A stretch of DNA of 64,000 nucleotides from Octopus sinensis (taxonomy: Eukaryota), in the NCBI RefSeq assembly GCF_006345805.1, contig NC_043008.1, positions 4,030,001 to 4,094,000 of the forward strand, written 5' to 3'. A model generated the notes under the pieces. That model worked only from the letters and a program-made list of their open reading frames with translations. It searched no databases and was not told the DNA's origin. Each line of letters begins with the position of its first letter. The stretch's first letter is position 1. This document shows positions 13,362 to 27,789 of this stretch, piece after piece. The position numbers were made by a program, and so were the translations under genes.

Positions 13362-13509
13362 CTCTTATGAACAAATGTTGATAATGGCTTTCTACTAATG
13401 CAGACCATCATTAGTTTTCTTAGAGTTTGCTTTTTATCTTTATTCTGCGGTCGCATGGCTTTTGTGATGTAGAAGCTGCTTTGTATTGCTTCCGTATCTT
13501 TATTGATTT
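13362..13509 (-). CDS. Candidate internal coding exon of an unidentified gene (148 nt)
   Basis: atgttgttttag|AA ATC AAT...CAT AAG AG|gtgagt; one frame is open throughout (INKDTEAIQSSFYITKAMRPQNKDKKQTLRKLMMVCISRKPLSTFVHK) and closed just outside both splice sites; a strong acceptor (ttttttttttatttcag) lies downstream near 13133. No homology recognised. Confidence 0.3.
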
Positions 13510-14273
13510 CTAAAACAACATTTGGATGACTTTAGTGTTGATCTATTGCATTTGGATGTTTCCAGAACATTCAGTGATGTCAAACTACATTGTGATCAAT
13601 GTTGTTGTTCTTGTTGAAGCTCCAGGTCAGAGCTAATCAAGCAAACGTATGTTTAGTGTTGTTGGAAAACTTTGTAAATAAACATATGTTGAGTTTGACA
13701 AAAGTTGAAAAACTTGGAATATCTGTAATTTTTCTTTTTTATTCTTTTACAAGCCTCAGACAATGAGCTATGGTCATGCTGGGGCACTGCCGTCATGTGA
13801 GATTAAATATAGTTGAAATACTGCAAAAATAAGCTGTGCATTGATTTTAACAATGTTGATGAACGGAGAATAAACTGCATGACTCTTACTCTTTATGTGA
13901 GTCAGTTTGTTGCTTCCTGTTGAATTCTTTTCACAGAAATCAGAAACCTACATTGAATACAAAAAGAACTATCTTGGTTTTATTTCTGTGTTTGAAAGAT
14001 CTTGCAGGTATTCCTCAGAAACCTGAGCACTTGATTACACCACAAAGACACAAATTAACAAGGGATTCTCTACATGGTCAAACATTCTGCAAGAAATAGC
14101 AACCACATCCTTTCTGTATCTCAACCTAATATATGTTCAGTATCGAATATTGTGTAGAAATAAAGAGAAAAGATGGGATGATCGTGGCTTTTGATCATAA
14201 GTCTACTAAATCAAGACTGACCAGTGAGTAAAGAACAAATGACCAAGGTCTCTACAATCAATGCAGATTCCAC

Positions 14274-14490
14274 TCATCATCATCATCATCATCATTTAAC
14301 GTCCACTTTCCATGCTAGTTTCTACAGCTGGATGCCCTTCCTAGCACCAACCACTCTGAGAGTGTGGTGGGTGCTTTTTACGTGCCACTGGCATGGGGCC
14401 AGTCAGGCGGTACTGGCAACGACCTCGCTCGAATCTTTTTACACATGCCACCGGCACAAGTGCCAGTAAGGCGACGTTGGTAATGATCAC
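14274..14490 (-). mobile_element. Family D retroposon copy with internal deletion
   Basis: (cat)n tail on + strand; lacks the gccagatcaga...aacccatg segment seen in other copies. Confidence 0.8.
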
Positions 14491-15042
14491 GCAAGTTAAA
14501 AATAGAGTTGCACTAGTAGTATGTCGATGCATACTAATCAGGAGATAAAACAGATTTTTAAAAGCTGTACCGAGCGATTTTTGTTACTGATCTCTCAACT
14601 TCCATGTAACTTCTTTGTTGAACAAGTCAAAGTTTCATAACACATTGAAATTCTTTGTGAGACACAATTCTTTGTTTAGTGATGCATCATTTCCACTCTA
14701 GATGTAACCTATACAATGGATATATAAAAAAGATCCTTCCGAATGTTCGTACAAGTAAGCATGGAGTCTCCGTTTCCACTACATGACAAAAATATGCATT
14801 CTTTTTTAAATGACTAGATAATAACAGCAATCTTTTACCACTTATATTTTATTTCAGAATATGCATAAATTAATTATAAAATTATGACAATTTTTAATTG
14901 TATATAAAACACATTAGTGAAACCAAATAAATTCTAATAGAAATTTAAATTGAATTTTATTAGAATTATAAAATGAATTTATTATATTCGTAGAATATAA
15001 CTTTACATGAAGCAGCAGACCTTTTTCCTCTTTTTACATTTA

Positions 15043-15125
15043 CACACACTCACATGTACACACTCACATGTACACACTCACATGTACACACTCACATGTA
15101 CACACTCACATGTACACACGCACAT
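15043..15125. repeat. 14-bp minisatellite (cacactcacatgta) x ~5
   Basis: Direct tandem copies read from the sequence. Confidence 0.9.
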
Positions 15126-15544
15126 TTATTTTTCTATGTGAACGGCTGGTTTAGCTTATTTATCCGCACAATTTGTTTTTGCATCCTTCCATTCACCAGT
15201 CAATTAGAGGGCAGGATGCAACATGATTATAAGTGTAAATTCAAATTTCTAAGTGAACAATGAAGCTCATACTCTCTAACACCCCATCAACTCTTCTAAA
15301 AGGATTCTTCACTTGCAAATTCTCTGTATTTTATCTGCCTGAAATCCACTTCTATCATTCACCTCTCTTCACTCCATCTCTGCCACTGTGGTTTGTCTCT
15401 CTCCATCACTTGTAATCGCTTTGCTTATGTTCTTACAACGAAAAATTGACCTTCAAAAGTGAACATTTAACCATAAGGTATGGCTGTATAATTAACAATT
15501 TCACTTCACAACCCTGCATTTACAGGTTTAGTTTCAATGCATGG

Positions 15545-15915
15545 CACAGGTGTGGCTGTGTAGTAAGAAGCTTGCCTCCCAACCACATGGGTTTGGGTTC
15601 AGTCTCACTGTGTGTCACCTTGGACAAGTGTCTTCTCCTATAGCTGCAAGCTGACCAAAGCCTGGTGAGTGGATTTCATAGACAGAAACTGCAAGAAGCC
15701 CATCGTATATATGCATATATCTATGTGTGTATGTTTTTATGTTTGTGTTTGTCCCTCACCACCACTTCATAACCAGTGTTTGTGCGTTTACATCCCTGTA
15801 ATTTAGTGGTACAACAAAAAAAGAAATTGATAAGATAAGTACCAGGCTTTAAAAGAATAAGTCCCAAGGCCAATTTGTTTATCTAAAACCCTTCAAAGTT
15901 GTGCCCCAGCATGGA
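15545..15915 (+). mobile_element. tRNA-derived SINE, CORE-like (family B)
   Basis: Head gtggctgtgtagtaagaagcttgcctcccaaccacatggg..ggttcagtc, core caccttggacaagtgtcttct..tatag, tail ..gtgccccagcatgg. Further copies near 17300-17605(-), 31910-32000(-), 38589-38800(+), 47525-47670(-) and 49790-50165(+). Confidence 0.85.
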
Positions 15916-15948
15916 CACATTTGGCACCTTAAGAATTATATGTGTGTT

Positions 15949-16003
<55 letters not shown>

Positions 16004-16626
16004 AGTTTTTAATGCTACACCATTGCAACTCGATCTCTCACACTTACAGAACTAAATAAAAAGTAAATATAACCGTTTTTTTATGTTTTTTGACAACTAA
16101 AGTACCACATTATTTTAGTTTCCAAAAAATATAATTTCAGATGTCAAGTAACTCATGTTCCTCATTAAATATTAATATGGTAATTATCTTATCACTAATC
16201 AGGTGTGTTAGAGAAGAGTAGGTCTAATAAGACTAAAACATGTCCAGAGTTGTTGCATGCATTTACTAAAATTTCATCGAGATAATAATATTTTGCTTCA
16301 TTTAACTCATTTTCATAACCAGTTCTCTGTGCTGTCATGACTTTAACAAATACATCATTCAGGCAATATTTTGTAGTCGGATGCTGTTTCCGCTGCTAAG
16401 CTTTATCTGTTTCTTTTTTTCTTTCTTTTTCTTTCTTTTTTTCCTTTTCTTTTTCTTTTTTTTTTTGCAATTAAGGGATATTCCACACAATTTTGAAACA
16501 GCAAAGCCAGCAAATGTTCTGTTGATGAAAGAAATGTGAGCAGTGTGCTAAACTTTTGGAGAAGCACAAATGTAACTACACAGACATGCTGTCAGACATA
16601 CAAACAAACACACACAAACACATATG

Positions 16627-17225
16627 TACGTGGTGGTATCAAAAGGTTCCTGGACTAGTTATGTTTTATATAAAAGAAATAACTTATTTACCTAAACCGT
16701 GTCATCTCCTTCAAAATAGTCACCTTGCGCAGCATTCCTGCCACTTTTGGAATCCAGCCTGAAAGTTGTCTTCCATGAGCCAGTCGAAGACCTTCTGCAG
16801 TTCACTCTTGATCTCGACAACAGTGTTGAAACGGTGACCTTTGAGCTGCATTTTCATCTTGGGGAAGAGATGGAAGTCTGCAAGTGCTGTTTACATGTGT
16901 TTCTGGCGAGAAACTCACGAGTGAGTAGATCTTGGTGACAGGGTGCATTGTTCTTGTGAAGAATCCCAATTCTTTGTGCTCCACAGATTTGGTTGCTTTC
17001 GCCAAATGTCCTCCCCCAAATGCTTCAAGATGTCACAGTAGAACTCTCAATTCACAGTCTGGCTCTGGCAGACAAATTCTCGATGCACAATACCACATTT
17101 CTGGGGATAACACTCATGGCACATCTTCCAGATTGCTCATCTTCCCAGGATGTTCTTCCATTTTTGAAGAGCCCATGCCTCTCAAAACATTACATACGAC
17201 CCATTACCTTGTCACCATATACTTA
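16627..17225 (-). mobile_element. Internally deleted mariner (DD34D-type) relic
   Basis: TA + TIR cgtggtggtatcaaaaggttcctggactag at 16627; minus-strand peptides ..GRTSWEDEQSGR.., ..IWRKQPNLWSTKNW.., ADFHLFPKMKMQLKGHRFNTVVEIKSELQKVF..FQAGFQKWQE. Confidence 0.8.
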
Positions 17226-17265
17226 AATTCCATCCATGGATTATTATTATTATTATCATTATTGC

Positions 17266-17298
<33 letters not shown>

Positions 17299-17966
17299 AA
17301 CATAGGCACCTTTCAGTTTATCTCCCAGATCCACTTATGAGGTGTTGGTCAACCTGGAGCTATAACAGAAGACGCTTGCCTGAGATGCCATGTAGTGAAG
17401 ATATAACCCAAACCCTGTGGTTGGGAAGCAAACCTCCTGACCACACGGCCACGCTCGTGTGTGGTGTACACATGTTTCTTTCAGGTATCATCTGCTAAAT
17501 CCACTTACAAGGGTTTGGTTTACCCAGGGCTATAATAGATGCTCAAGGTGCTATACAGGGGGACTGAACCCTAAACTGTGAGATTAATCAGAGAACTACT
17601 TAACCACATTTGCATTTGACTCACTGAACTACTATTAATGTTTCCTACATAAAGTGTTATTAACTGATAATTTTTTTTCCTCTTACATTACGTATGATGC
17701 CATCATCTTGCGCTGTCTTTGCACTCGATTTATCAATTTCATTACACATTCAACTGATAAGAAACCCCTCTTTAACATGTCTTATTCTCATAGCAGTTGA
17801 CAATTGTGTTGCCATAGCACTTTCTTGCACAGCTTAAGCATCTCATTTGTAACACCAATTCCTCTTGAAGCTTTCAGCTCTTCAACATTTCTCACCTTGC
17901 ACTCTTAGTAACTCACACTGATTTCACATATTCAATGGCTTTACATGTATCTTATATGGATTAATA

Positions 17967-18012
<46 letters not shown>

Positions 18013-18207
18013 GTAAGTGAAAGAGAGAGAAGAGTTGAGAAAACATTTATCAAATATAAACTAACTTGGATGACAGATATCTTAGTATTCAAGTTAAGGA
18101 GAGAACTTCTATGAGGTCAATCAGCTTGCCAGAAATAGTTATCAAATCTCTCTCAAACCACATTTTATAACCTTAAAAATGCACACAGTGGATAAGGAAG
18201 ACCAGTA

Positions 18208-18540
18208 CATCATCATCATCATCATCATCATCGTTTAATGTCCGTTTTCCATGCTAGCATGGGTTGGACGGTTCGACTGGGGTCTGGGAAGCCAGGAGGC
18301 TGCACCAGGCTCCAGTCTGATCTGGCAGTGTTTCTACAGCTGGATGCCCTTCCTAATGCCAACCACTCCGTGAGTGTAGTGGGTGCTTTTTAGGTGCCAC
18401 TGGCACAGGTGCCAGGTGAGGCTGACAACGGCCACGATCAGTTGATGCTTTTACGTGTCACCAACACGGACGCCAGACAGGTGGCGCTGGCATCTGCCAT
18501 GTTCGGACGGTGCTTTTAACATGTCACCGGCACGGGTATT
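18208..18540 (-). mobile_element. Family D retroposon copy (3 modules)
   Basis: Reverse complement of the 11187 copy type, (cat)n tail at 18208. Confidence 0.85.
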
Positions 18541-18764
18541 GACCATAATAAAAGATTGGACATTCATGTTCAAACACATTTGATCATAGGTCTGCCTGAC
18601 TAGCACCACCAAAAGCAGCAGATCTAAATACTTGACAGGAAAGTGTTTGTTAATTTGTCAAGGCAATTTAACTTGAAACATATTTTCTTAGAACTAAAAC
18701 AACACTTGACAATTTACATATTTCAATAATGAAAGAAGTTTAAAATACTTTGTTATAAGCACTG

Positions 18765-18918
18765 GCATGGCTGAATGCCAAGAAGTTTGCTTTCCAAACT
18801 ACACACTCCCAGCTTCAGTCCCACTTTGTAGCACCTTGGGCATGTCTTCAACTATTACCCCAGGCTGACCAAAGCCTTGTGACTGGATTTGATAAACGGA
18901 AACTATAAGAAAACTGTC

Positions 18919-18970
<52 letters not shown>

Positions 18971-19140
18971 TCCCACCAATGCTTGACAACTGGTGTTGGT
19001 TTGTTTAAATCCATGTAACTTAGTAGTTTGGCAAAAGAATAAGTACAAGGCCGAAGAATAAATACTGAGTTTGGTCTGTCTAAACTTTTCAAGGCAGTGC
19101 TCCAGTATGGCCATAGTCCAATGACTGAAACAAGTAAAAG
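18765..19140 (-). mobile_element. Family B SINE with internal (GT)n
   Basis: Reverse complement of the family B core and tail. Confidence 0.75.
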
Positions 19141-19668
19141 ATAAATTATATGGCATAGAATGCATTCATTCTGTTCCTCTCTCTCTCTCTCTCTCATATG
19201 TTTTTCTCTTCTCTCCCTGTCATGCTTTCCCCTTCTTTCTCTTTCTTTATGCAAACACACACACACACATAGTTATCAATATCATAAACATCCGAGTTAC
19301 CAGATGAACACACACTGTGGCAGGAAACCCAAAGAAGAGCAGCTCTGATCAACTCCACGAATCCACCAGAAACAGTTTTGAAGAGAGGACCAGAAAGTGA
19401 GTGTGAAATATATAGCAATCTCACTAAAACAGTCCCCCAGTATGGCCACGGCCTCTGACCAAAACCAGTGAAAGGAAAGCAAAAGGAAAGCACTTGAGGA
19501 TCTGCATAGGTTACAAAACAGTCTGCCATAAATGTGGTAGTTCCTACAGTGGAAGAACTATTCTAAAAAGCAGCATAGCTTCATTAATGAAAGGTACAGA
19601 CAAATATATCTGTCAAAGAACAGGTAGAGAAATGGCGCAGCTTATCTTCATTAATAAACTGAATTCAT

Positions 19669-19909
19669 GGGGCAGTGAGCTGGCAGAGTCGTTAGCACAA
19701 TGGGTGAAATGCTTAGTGGTATTTTGTCTGCCGGTATTTCATTCTGAGTTCAAATTCTGCCTAGGTTGACTTTGCCTTTCATCCTTTCGTGGGGGGTCAA
19801 TTAAATAAGTACCAGTTATGCATTGGGGTCGATGTAATCAACTTAATCCCTTTGTATGTCCTTGTTTGTCCCCTCTATGTTTAGCCCCTTGTGGGCAATA
19901 AAGAAATAA
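19669..19909 (+). mobile_element. tRNA-derived SINE (family A)
   Basis: ggcagtgagctggcaga head, gagttcaaattc B box, ttgactttgcctttcatcctttc..aagtaccag central block, ..gggcaataaagaaataa tail. Confidence 0.85.
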
Positions 19910-20355
19910 ACTGAATCCATGTATTAACCAAAGACACAACTACATGAAGTAGATAAGCCATTATAACAACATCAGCCTGAGCACTTCACCTCCTCCTCCA
20001 CCCCATCATCTCCATTTCTCATTCTTGTGTTTTGGTTTGGTTTTGCTTTTTGACAAAGAGAGTTTTATCCCAAAAAATCAGGTTTATAAGGGAGTAATGT
20101 GTAAACAGATGTCTTCCTTCTGTTTTTTAACTTCTTTGTTTTTAGTTTGCATCAGGCTAGTTTTTAAAACAATTTTTACAAACATATATATATGTATGTG
20201 TATCTTTATGTATGTCGATATATATATATATATATATATATATTCAGGCGGTGCTCCAACATGGCCACTGTCAAATGACTGAAACAAGTAAAAGAATATA
20301 TATATATATACATGCACACATAGATATGTACATACATACACACATTTATATACAT

Positions 20356-20386
<31 letters not shown>

Positions 20387-20766
20387 CACATAGATATGTA
20401 CGTGTGTGTGTGTATGTGTGTGCGTGTGTGTGGGAGAGAGAGAATGCCTGTGTTAAAATTGTTTTAAAAGGCAGCATAAACAAATGGCTTGAAGCTAGTC
20501 TAATGAATTGCCACTGCAATATAATCATACACACACACACACACACACAATTTCAGTACATAAACTTGTTCATTCTCTCACACAAATACTGTATATTTTT
20601 ATCTTCATTTTTTCAAATGAGAGAACAAAACGTGTTTCTTCTTAATATCTTGGCTTTTAATATAATATATCAGTGTATAACATAATGTACCTGAGTAACA
20701 CATGGAACTATCAATGAATATTTGTATACATCTGTATGTTTATTTACACACATGCACACCTAGAGA

Positions 20767-20800
<34 letters not shown>

Positions 20801-21116
20801 CTATCTATATATATATATATATCAATATATATATATATATATATATATAGATATAATTGTGTGTATGATAGTGTATAAGTGAACACACACACATATATAA
20901 AACCAAATGTATATGTGTGTGTACACCTAAGCATATATGCACGTGCATATGTACACAAACACATAGATTGGTTCTAAAATTCTTGGCAAGTGAATCTAGT
21001 TTCTTCTGGCTTAGTAAACATTCTACACTGTTTCGCTTTTCCTATCTTGTTAGTTTGTATATGGCTGACTCTAACATTTCGCACCTTTCATAGTCCTAAT
21101 CTCTTACCTTACTCAC

Positions 21117-21150
21117 CTGCTCAAGATGTAAATTTATAAACAACTTTTAT
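21117..21150 (-). other. Candidate 34-nt non-coding exon
   Basis: cattttcttttctag|ATAAAAG...TTGAGCAG|gtgagt(aaggtaaga): near-consensus sites, but stops in all three frames. Confidence 0.35.
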
Positions 21151-23830
21151 CTAGAAAAGAAAATGTGACGATGGGAAATGGTGACTCGAATAATCTTGTT
21201 TTCTTTATTTTTTTTTCATGTCTTTTATTCTGTTTTGTTTTTTTTATTTTATAATCTCCATTCACTTTGAAATCATTTCTATCCTACTGAGACTAATATT
21301 ATGCATAATGGGATTGATCGATTGATGTTTGGAGTTTATTAAACACTGTTTCTTGCTCTGCCATCTTAACACAGCATGGTTAAATTGTATTGCTTGTCTG
21401 ATCAATTCATTTCAACCACAACATCGAACTGCAACCGTAAGAAATAACATCAAGATACTTCAAATCCTTGTTGCATTTTGTTCTGTGTATCTGAAGAAGC
21501 CTGGAAGCTAAAACAAGCAAGTTTAAGATATCTAAGCTGCATGGTATCAGAACTGATCTTAGATTCTTTGTACTTTTGTCATGCAAAGTGTAATTTGATT
21601 ACACCTTCTGAAAGGTATCCTGTTAAGAGAGATTATTACATGTGTGAATGACACAAAAACTGCAAGAAGTGAAATGGAAGCAAAACACTAAAGGAAAGAA
21701 ATGTTGTTGTTGTTGTTGTTGTTGCTTATAATTCACTTTATTTTCATTAGTAAATCTAGATTAAGGTATCTTTCTAATTCTTGTTGTGTTCTAACAGAAG
21801 CACAAGCCCTTAGATTTTGAGAAGGATGGCTGGCATACAAGGGGGAGCTGAAAAGTTCCTAGCTTTAAGGGTCATGTGAAAGGCCTGGCTGGAGGTCCTT
21901 CCTTCCGAGTTCTGTTACAGGGTTTAGAAAAACTGAAGAATCACTGCAATAAGTGTAATGAATCTGAGAGGGGAATATGTTGAATAAAATCATAATTAAC
22001 TGACCCTCCTGTAACACACACACACACACACACACAACTTCCTTCCAGGAGTTGACCGAGATATATTTTATCAACTCTTAAAAGAGGAAATAAGTAGCAA
22101 AGTTGATCTTAGCAGGATTTGAACTCAGAACATAAAACATTCATAAAATGTTGCCTGCTTCTCTCTCAATTTTGCTGATCTATTGCTCCGCTAAAGGAGT
22201 TAAAAATTAGCAGTTCAGAGTAAAGAGTGAATTTTACGATAAAGATTTCCAGTGCTCAAACCTTATGGAAACTATTATAACATGCACAATCTCTTGAGCA
22301 AGGTACACAAACCCTCTACCTTTAGTTGGCATGATTAAACAAACAAATATATATAAAAAAAAGCTTTCATCTTAATTCATGATTGAATTGTAGGCACTAG
22401 AAAGGGCATCTAGCATAAATCAACTACTCTAAAGCTGAGCCTCTACCAAGTCATTTGACTTGCTAGTTAGTGTAGTCAATTCTTCCTTAAAATCATACCC
22501 TACTCTATCCTTTTGGTCTTTAGTGCACCCTGCCTTAAGAAAATTAGCGATATGGTCATGGCTAGATTGGTTTTGATCGTAGGCTGGGTCTGAACAGCAA
22601 TAACAACGACTGTTTCCACACATATACCATTGCAGCTATGAAGAAACATTGCAAATATGAATCAACAAGAAAGCCTCTATGTGGTCGATTGACATGCTAA
22701 AGGCAGCAGCCAAATCTCTTTAAAATGATGCCTACTATCTTTAAAATTGAAGGCCACATTTAGATAATGTTACTTAGAAAATTAAGGTGAAATACTCATG
22801 ACTGAATAATCTTTTGTCATTGGTCTTCTCAGTCAGTGTAGACCAAATGATAATAAAAGATAACATCTAGGAAAAAAAGGATTCAAACTTTATGAGTGAA
22901 GTTTGGAAGATGGTAACTGTGCAGAAGCCTGTCATATGCTTACTGAAGTCCACACCATTTCCATGTTTGTAAGTCTAAACAGGTGCCAAGTTTCATCCCT
23001 TTGTAGTGATTTGAACGATAGATCACTATAACTTAAGTACCAAACTGGAATTAGTACTGCTGTTGATATAACTGACCAAAAATTCTTGAACTCAATGCTT
23101 CATCTTGACCAGAATCTAATGACTGAAACCTATAAAATAAAAGGTGTATAATTAATTATACTGATCACCAGGATTTTAATTACTTATTTTTACCAACTAC
23201 AAAAGGCGGTCAAGTAAAATTGGCCCTAGTAAGATTTGAGCTTAAAATGTGAAGGGACACAGCAAAATATCACAAAATATTTTGTCCAATGCTCTTCTGA
23301 TTCTCCTAATTTGTTGCCCTACCATTAGAAATAAATATTCATATTAATTATATTATTAGTAAACAGTTAACTCTAATGTAAAGAGATCCATGTTTCAAAG
23401 GAAAGGAAAAAAAGAAGGGTTAAAACTCCCTGCAAAAATAAGCACTAGACATTGACATCGACAAAAATCTTTCTATCAGTTTTCAATATCTATTTTCTGT
23501 ATTTGTTTTCCAGTTCTGTTTTCTGTATTTTAAAAAACTTTAGAACAATCCACTTACCATTCTTTGTCTAAGTCAAAATATTATTATTCTCATGGCTGTT
23601 GCACTTTAAATTGTAGTTATCATACAAGGCAGTGTTTCGCAGAAGTAGGGCATGAAAACTGTAAAAGAGGAAGACAAGTTTCTGTGTTTAATAAAATTAA
23701 ATTGGTTTAACTTTCCAAACATAACAAACACCATGGTTAAAAAAAAAAAAAAACGAAAAATTATGAATGGAAACATTGTTTCACCTTATTAATAGAGGTA
23801 AGAAAGATGGAGGAAATTCTATGAGTATTT

Positions 23831-23921
23831 CTGGTGGTAGGGGCTGGTGGTAGGGGCTGGTGTTAGGGGCTGGTGGTAGGGGCTGGTGGTAGGGGCTGGT
23901 GGTAGGGGCTGGTGGTAGGGG
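23831..23921 (+). repeat. 13-bp G-rich minisatellite (ctggtggtagggg) x7
   Basis: Seven tandem units, one with a G>T change. Confidence 0.95.
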
Positions 23922-26900
23922 CTGCTGACATAAGCTGCCTCCATTGTTTCAAATTTACAGTAAAACAAGTCAATGAATGAAATCAGAAAATAACCTTGAT
24001 TCTTAGTATTTATCTATTCAACTGCACACGTTTTATTTTCAATCTGTGTCGTTTTAAATACACTTCCATCATTTGTCCAAATTACATTAACATTTTCTCA
24101 CTTTGTGCTGACACTTTGGAATGTTTCTAGCAACACTACTTTGCTTAAAAGTTTGGTCCAAACTCTTATGATTAGATTTCTTTTCTAGAATCTTTTGAAG
24201 TTGGTATCTTCATGCCTTCACCAAGGAAAATTCATTCAGCAATCCTTCATGTTGCCCACTGGCTACATGTTTCTCAGCTGTTTTTGTTGTTTTTGCTTGT
24301 TTTATCATAATCTGCTTAATCCCTAACTTGTCTATATCAGTTATTTATACCTAATTTATATGAATGATTGAAACCAGACTTAACCAGAAAACCATCAATT
24401 ATATCCAAGTGAGAAGAGGAGTTGTCAAACATTAGGAATGCTTTTACTTCAGTGGGAGGAAAATTTGAGGATAATTTACTTATTGCAGGAATGAAATATG
24501 GAAAAACATTAGTCTCTAAAGATCTGCATGTTTAATCCTGATTTTGTGGACTGGAGATAACGCACTGGTAGCTGGTGCCTTATGTCTTTCAAAAATAAAA
24601 GCAGTGCCAACCTTCCCTCCACCACTAACTTTAAAAAGTGCACACCATCTGCAACTGGGCCGCCCAATGCTGAAAAATGTTCTTTGTTTAATTTAGAACC
24701 AGATGAAAAAGTTCCATTTTGAAACTTGGATCTTCTGGTGTTATGGTTACCAACACAACTCACTTTTACTTCCAATGGAATATTAGGAGTTATCATACAT
24801 AATTAAATCAATTAATCGCTTTCTGAATGGTTCAATGTCTTTGGCTGAAGTACCATCTGCTTCACCATGGGTAATTCTATTACTCTGGTGATCTCTAATC
24901 ATCATAATCACATGACACTAGATTCGAATTCTTGGTGGTCATATGCCCAACTAGCTTGGCAGCAGCATTTTCTGTTTTGCAGCACTGACTTTATTAGCAC
25001 AAATGTTTGTGTGTGTGTGTGTGTCTTTGTGTGTGTATGTGTGTGTCTGTGTGTCTGTGTCTGTGTGTGTGTGTGTTATCAGGCATAAAAATATGTTCAC
25101 ATATGCATATATGTGAATACATACTTGATGAGTTAGATCAATTAACCAGAATCTTAGTCAATGCTAAATCATTAAGCTGAGGCTATTTTCTTAATATCTT
25201 TAAATATAGTAGAATAATGACCCATTAAATTCTATTAGTAATATGTATGTTGTGGAAATTGGATGTGCACCTGCTTCCTGGTTAAAAAAAAGATAATTCC
25301 AATATCAGTTTAAAAGAACAAAGAGTTTTGTGTGATATCAAGAAGAGAGACACATTCTTTTATCAATACACTATCAAAGTATTCAACTGGCTTCAACCAC
25401 ACAGATCAGATTCTTTACAGCAAGATAGTTTTCTATTACAGAATAGTATTGGACTAAAACAAAGTTACATCGAGACTTTACAATTGATGTAATGTATACA
25501 CAGAAACTCATTAAAGTAGCAGTGTAGTGTAATGCCTACCATTCCATTCACTAGAACTGACTTGTGTGTGTGTGTGTGTGAAATGAGAGAGGGGCATGAG
25601 TAATGGAAATAAACTCAATCATACTTGGAGTAAACTTTTAGACATCTGAAACAAGAGATCCTATATATGAGCAATCATGAGACCAAATGTGTGTGAGAGA
25701 GAGTAAATTTTTTGTGAATATATCAACGAGCATTTTCATGGTACCAAGAAATGTCATTCCATATAGATTTTTATGAATATATCAATACAGGAAATAAGCA
25801 GTCAAATCTTCCCCAAATCACACCTCTACCATCTTAGATAATAAAAAGAATACATTAGATAAGTTAGTTTCCCTATATGTTCTTAGGCAGACAGGACAGT
25901 CATGACTGGAGTGCTTAGGATCATGTATCTGTTTGAGCTAAGCTGAACCTGAGGCTAGACTGCAACAACAATTTCATCCCAAAGTTATAGATTTTTAGTG
26001 CTTTGTAATTTATAGAAAATGGGATGGTGCTGATGGGTTTATTTTGTTTTTATTCAATGACTGCCAAAGCTGCGTAACTTATGGATTTTTAATGACTTAA
26101 ATATGGTGCTGATACTTTATACTAGACAGAGAAACAAAACTGTTTCTATATAACTTCACTGCAAATACCTCTGGGTACCTATATGTGATATCCAAGCCCA
26201 AACAATAGTAACAGATTCGAAATGCTAAAATAAAATTAGAAAAGAGAAAAAAAGAATATCAGAAATAAATTACAGAATGGTATCCATACATGAACTGATA
26301 AGGACATTCAGAGGCAAGAATTACATGGAGAGAAACTTAATGCACACACACGCAGCATATCATACAGGTTATGTGTACTTTAATGTACATGCATGCAAGT
26401 TATATGTCCTTTTATATTCACATATCTAAGTACATTCGACACACATTGCTACATTCACAAAAATCTATGTCTACATAAAGACATACAACTACAAAACGTA
26501 CAATGGCACAGTCATAAAAAAAACTCTATGTATACACACACACACACACATACACCTACACACACACTGCAAAACATGCACTGATGTGTTCTAGCAAATC
26601 TATGTACACACACAGAGTTAAATATTTACACCCAATAAAACACAATAATGTGTTTGCAAAAGTCTTTCTACACATGTATGCATACATACTTACACACCAG
26701 AAGACAAGCATATTGATGTCTGCATTACAACACACACACACACACATACACACACACACACACACACTCCTCAATATTCAAACACGTGATATACTGCAGA
26801 ATAATGTAGAAAGTATGCACAAATTTGAAAACACTATTAAGTTTATTTATTTATTTTCTTTTATTTATGTGTGTGTGTGTGTGTAGGTGGGTGGGTGGGT

Positions 26901-27789
26901 GTATATGAGCATGTGTGTGTTTAATTAAATTGAAAATGGAATAGAAATTGTTGTAGAAGTTTGTTGTTTATAATTCCGCAATGACCTGTCTTAATTTAAC
27001 ATAACTATCTACTTAATTATATTTCATTTCTGCCTGTCTCTTTACTTCAACCATCTCCTTTAATATTGCTGTGAGTATTTGAAATTTAGCACTAATTACT
27101 TTTGCATCATATTAATTATCCTAGTATGTCTCGTTGACTAGATAGATACTTCAGTGTGCTATTTTGCAAATTCTTTTTATAGTTTTCTTTCTTCTCCATC
27201 CACTGTCCATCCATTGTATAGCACAGAAGAGAAAAATTAATGAATGTCTCTCTTCCTAAAAATATCTACAGCTATAAGTAGTGAGAAACTTTGAGTGTAA
27301 ATTGTTATACTGTAGTTTAAAAAAAAAAAATATGTATATAATGGAAAAAAAGGAAAAACGTCGATGACTTGACATGAATTATGGAGTAGGTATGTTAGAG
27401 CGAAGTGCTTACTCATCAACAGACTCTTCACTTTGAAGTAGGCTCTCTTCAGTTTGTAACAATAGAATGTTGTTCTTTGTCTAAAGAAATAAAGCTGTTT
27501 GCTAATTCAGCACTATGGCAAATTATCGATACAACCACCTAACTAAACAAGTAACTAATATGCTAATATAACAGCTATTTTACCAATATGGACACACCAT
27601 CTGCTAGAAATAGCAGCCAAATCTCCCTGAAATCATTAAGTGCCATTTCAAAAAGAAGGAAAATGAGTATGTGATGTCATCCTAGATAAATTTTGTGTTA
27701 AATAATATGGGGTGGTCATGTTTGGATTGTAAGGCCAAACTAGAATTAGACAACAATAACATGTGCAAATAAATAATTCAAGGAATGTT

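Noticed and set aside
19669-19780. tRNA-like A/B boxes in many places
   Set aside because: These are SINE heads that continue into SINE bodies, with no full cloverleaf.
24509-24796. 95-aa protein-like minus-strand ORF
   Set aside because: No recognisable motif and only weak splice signals.
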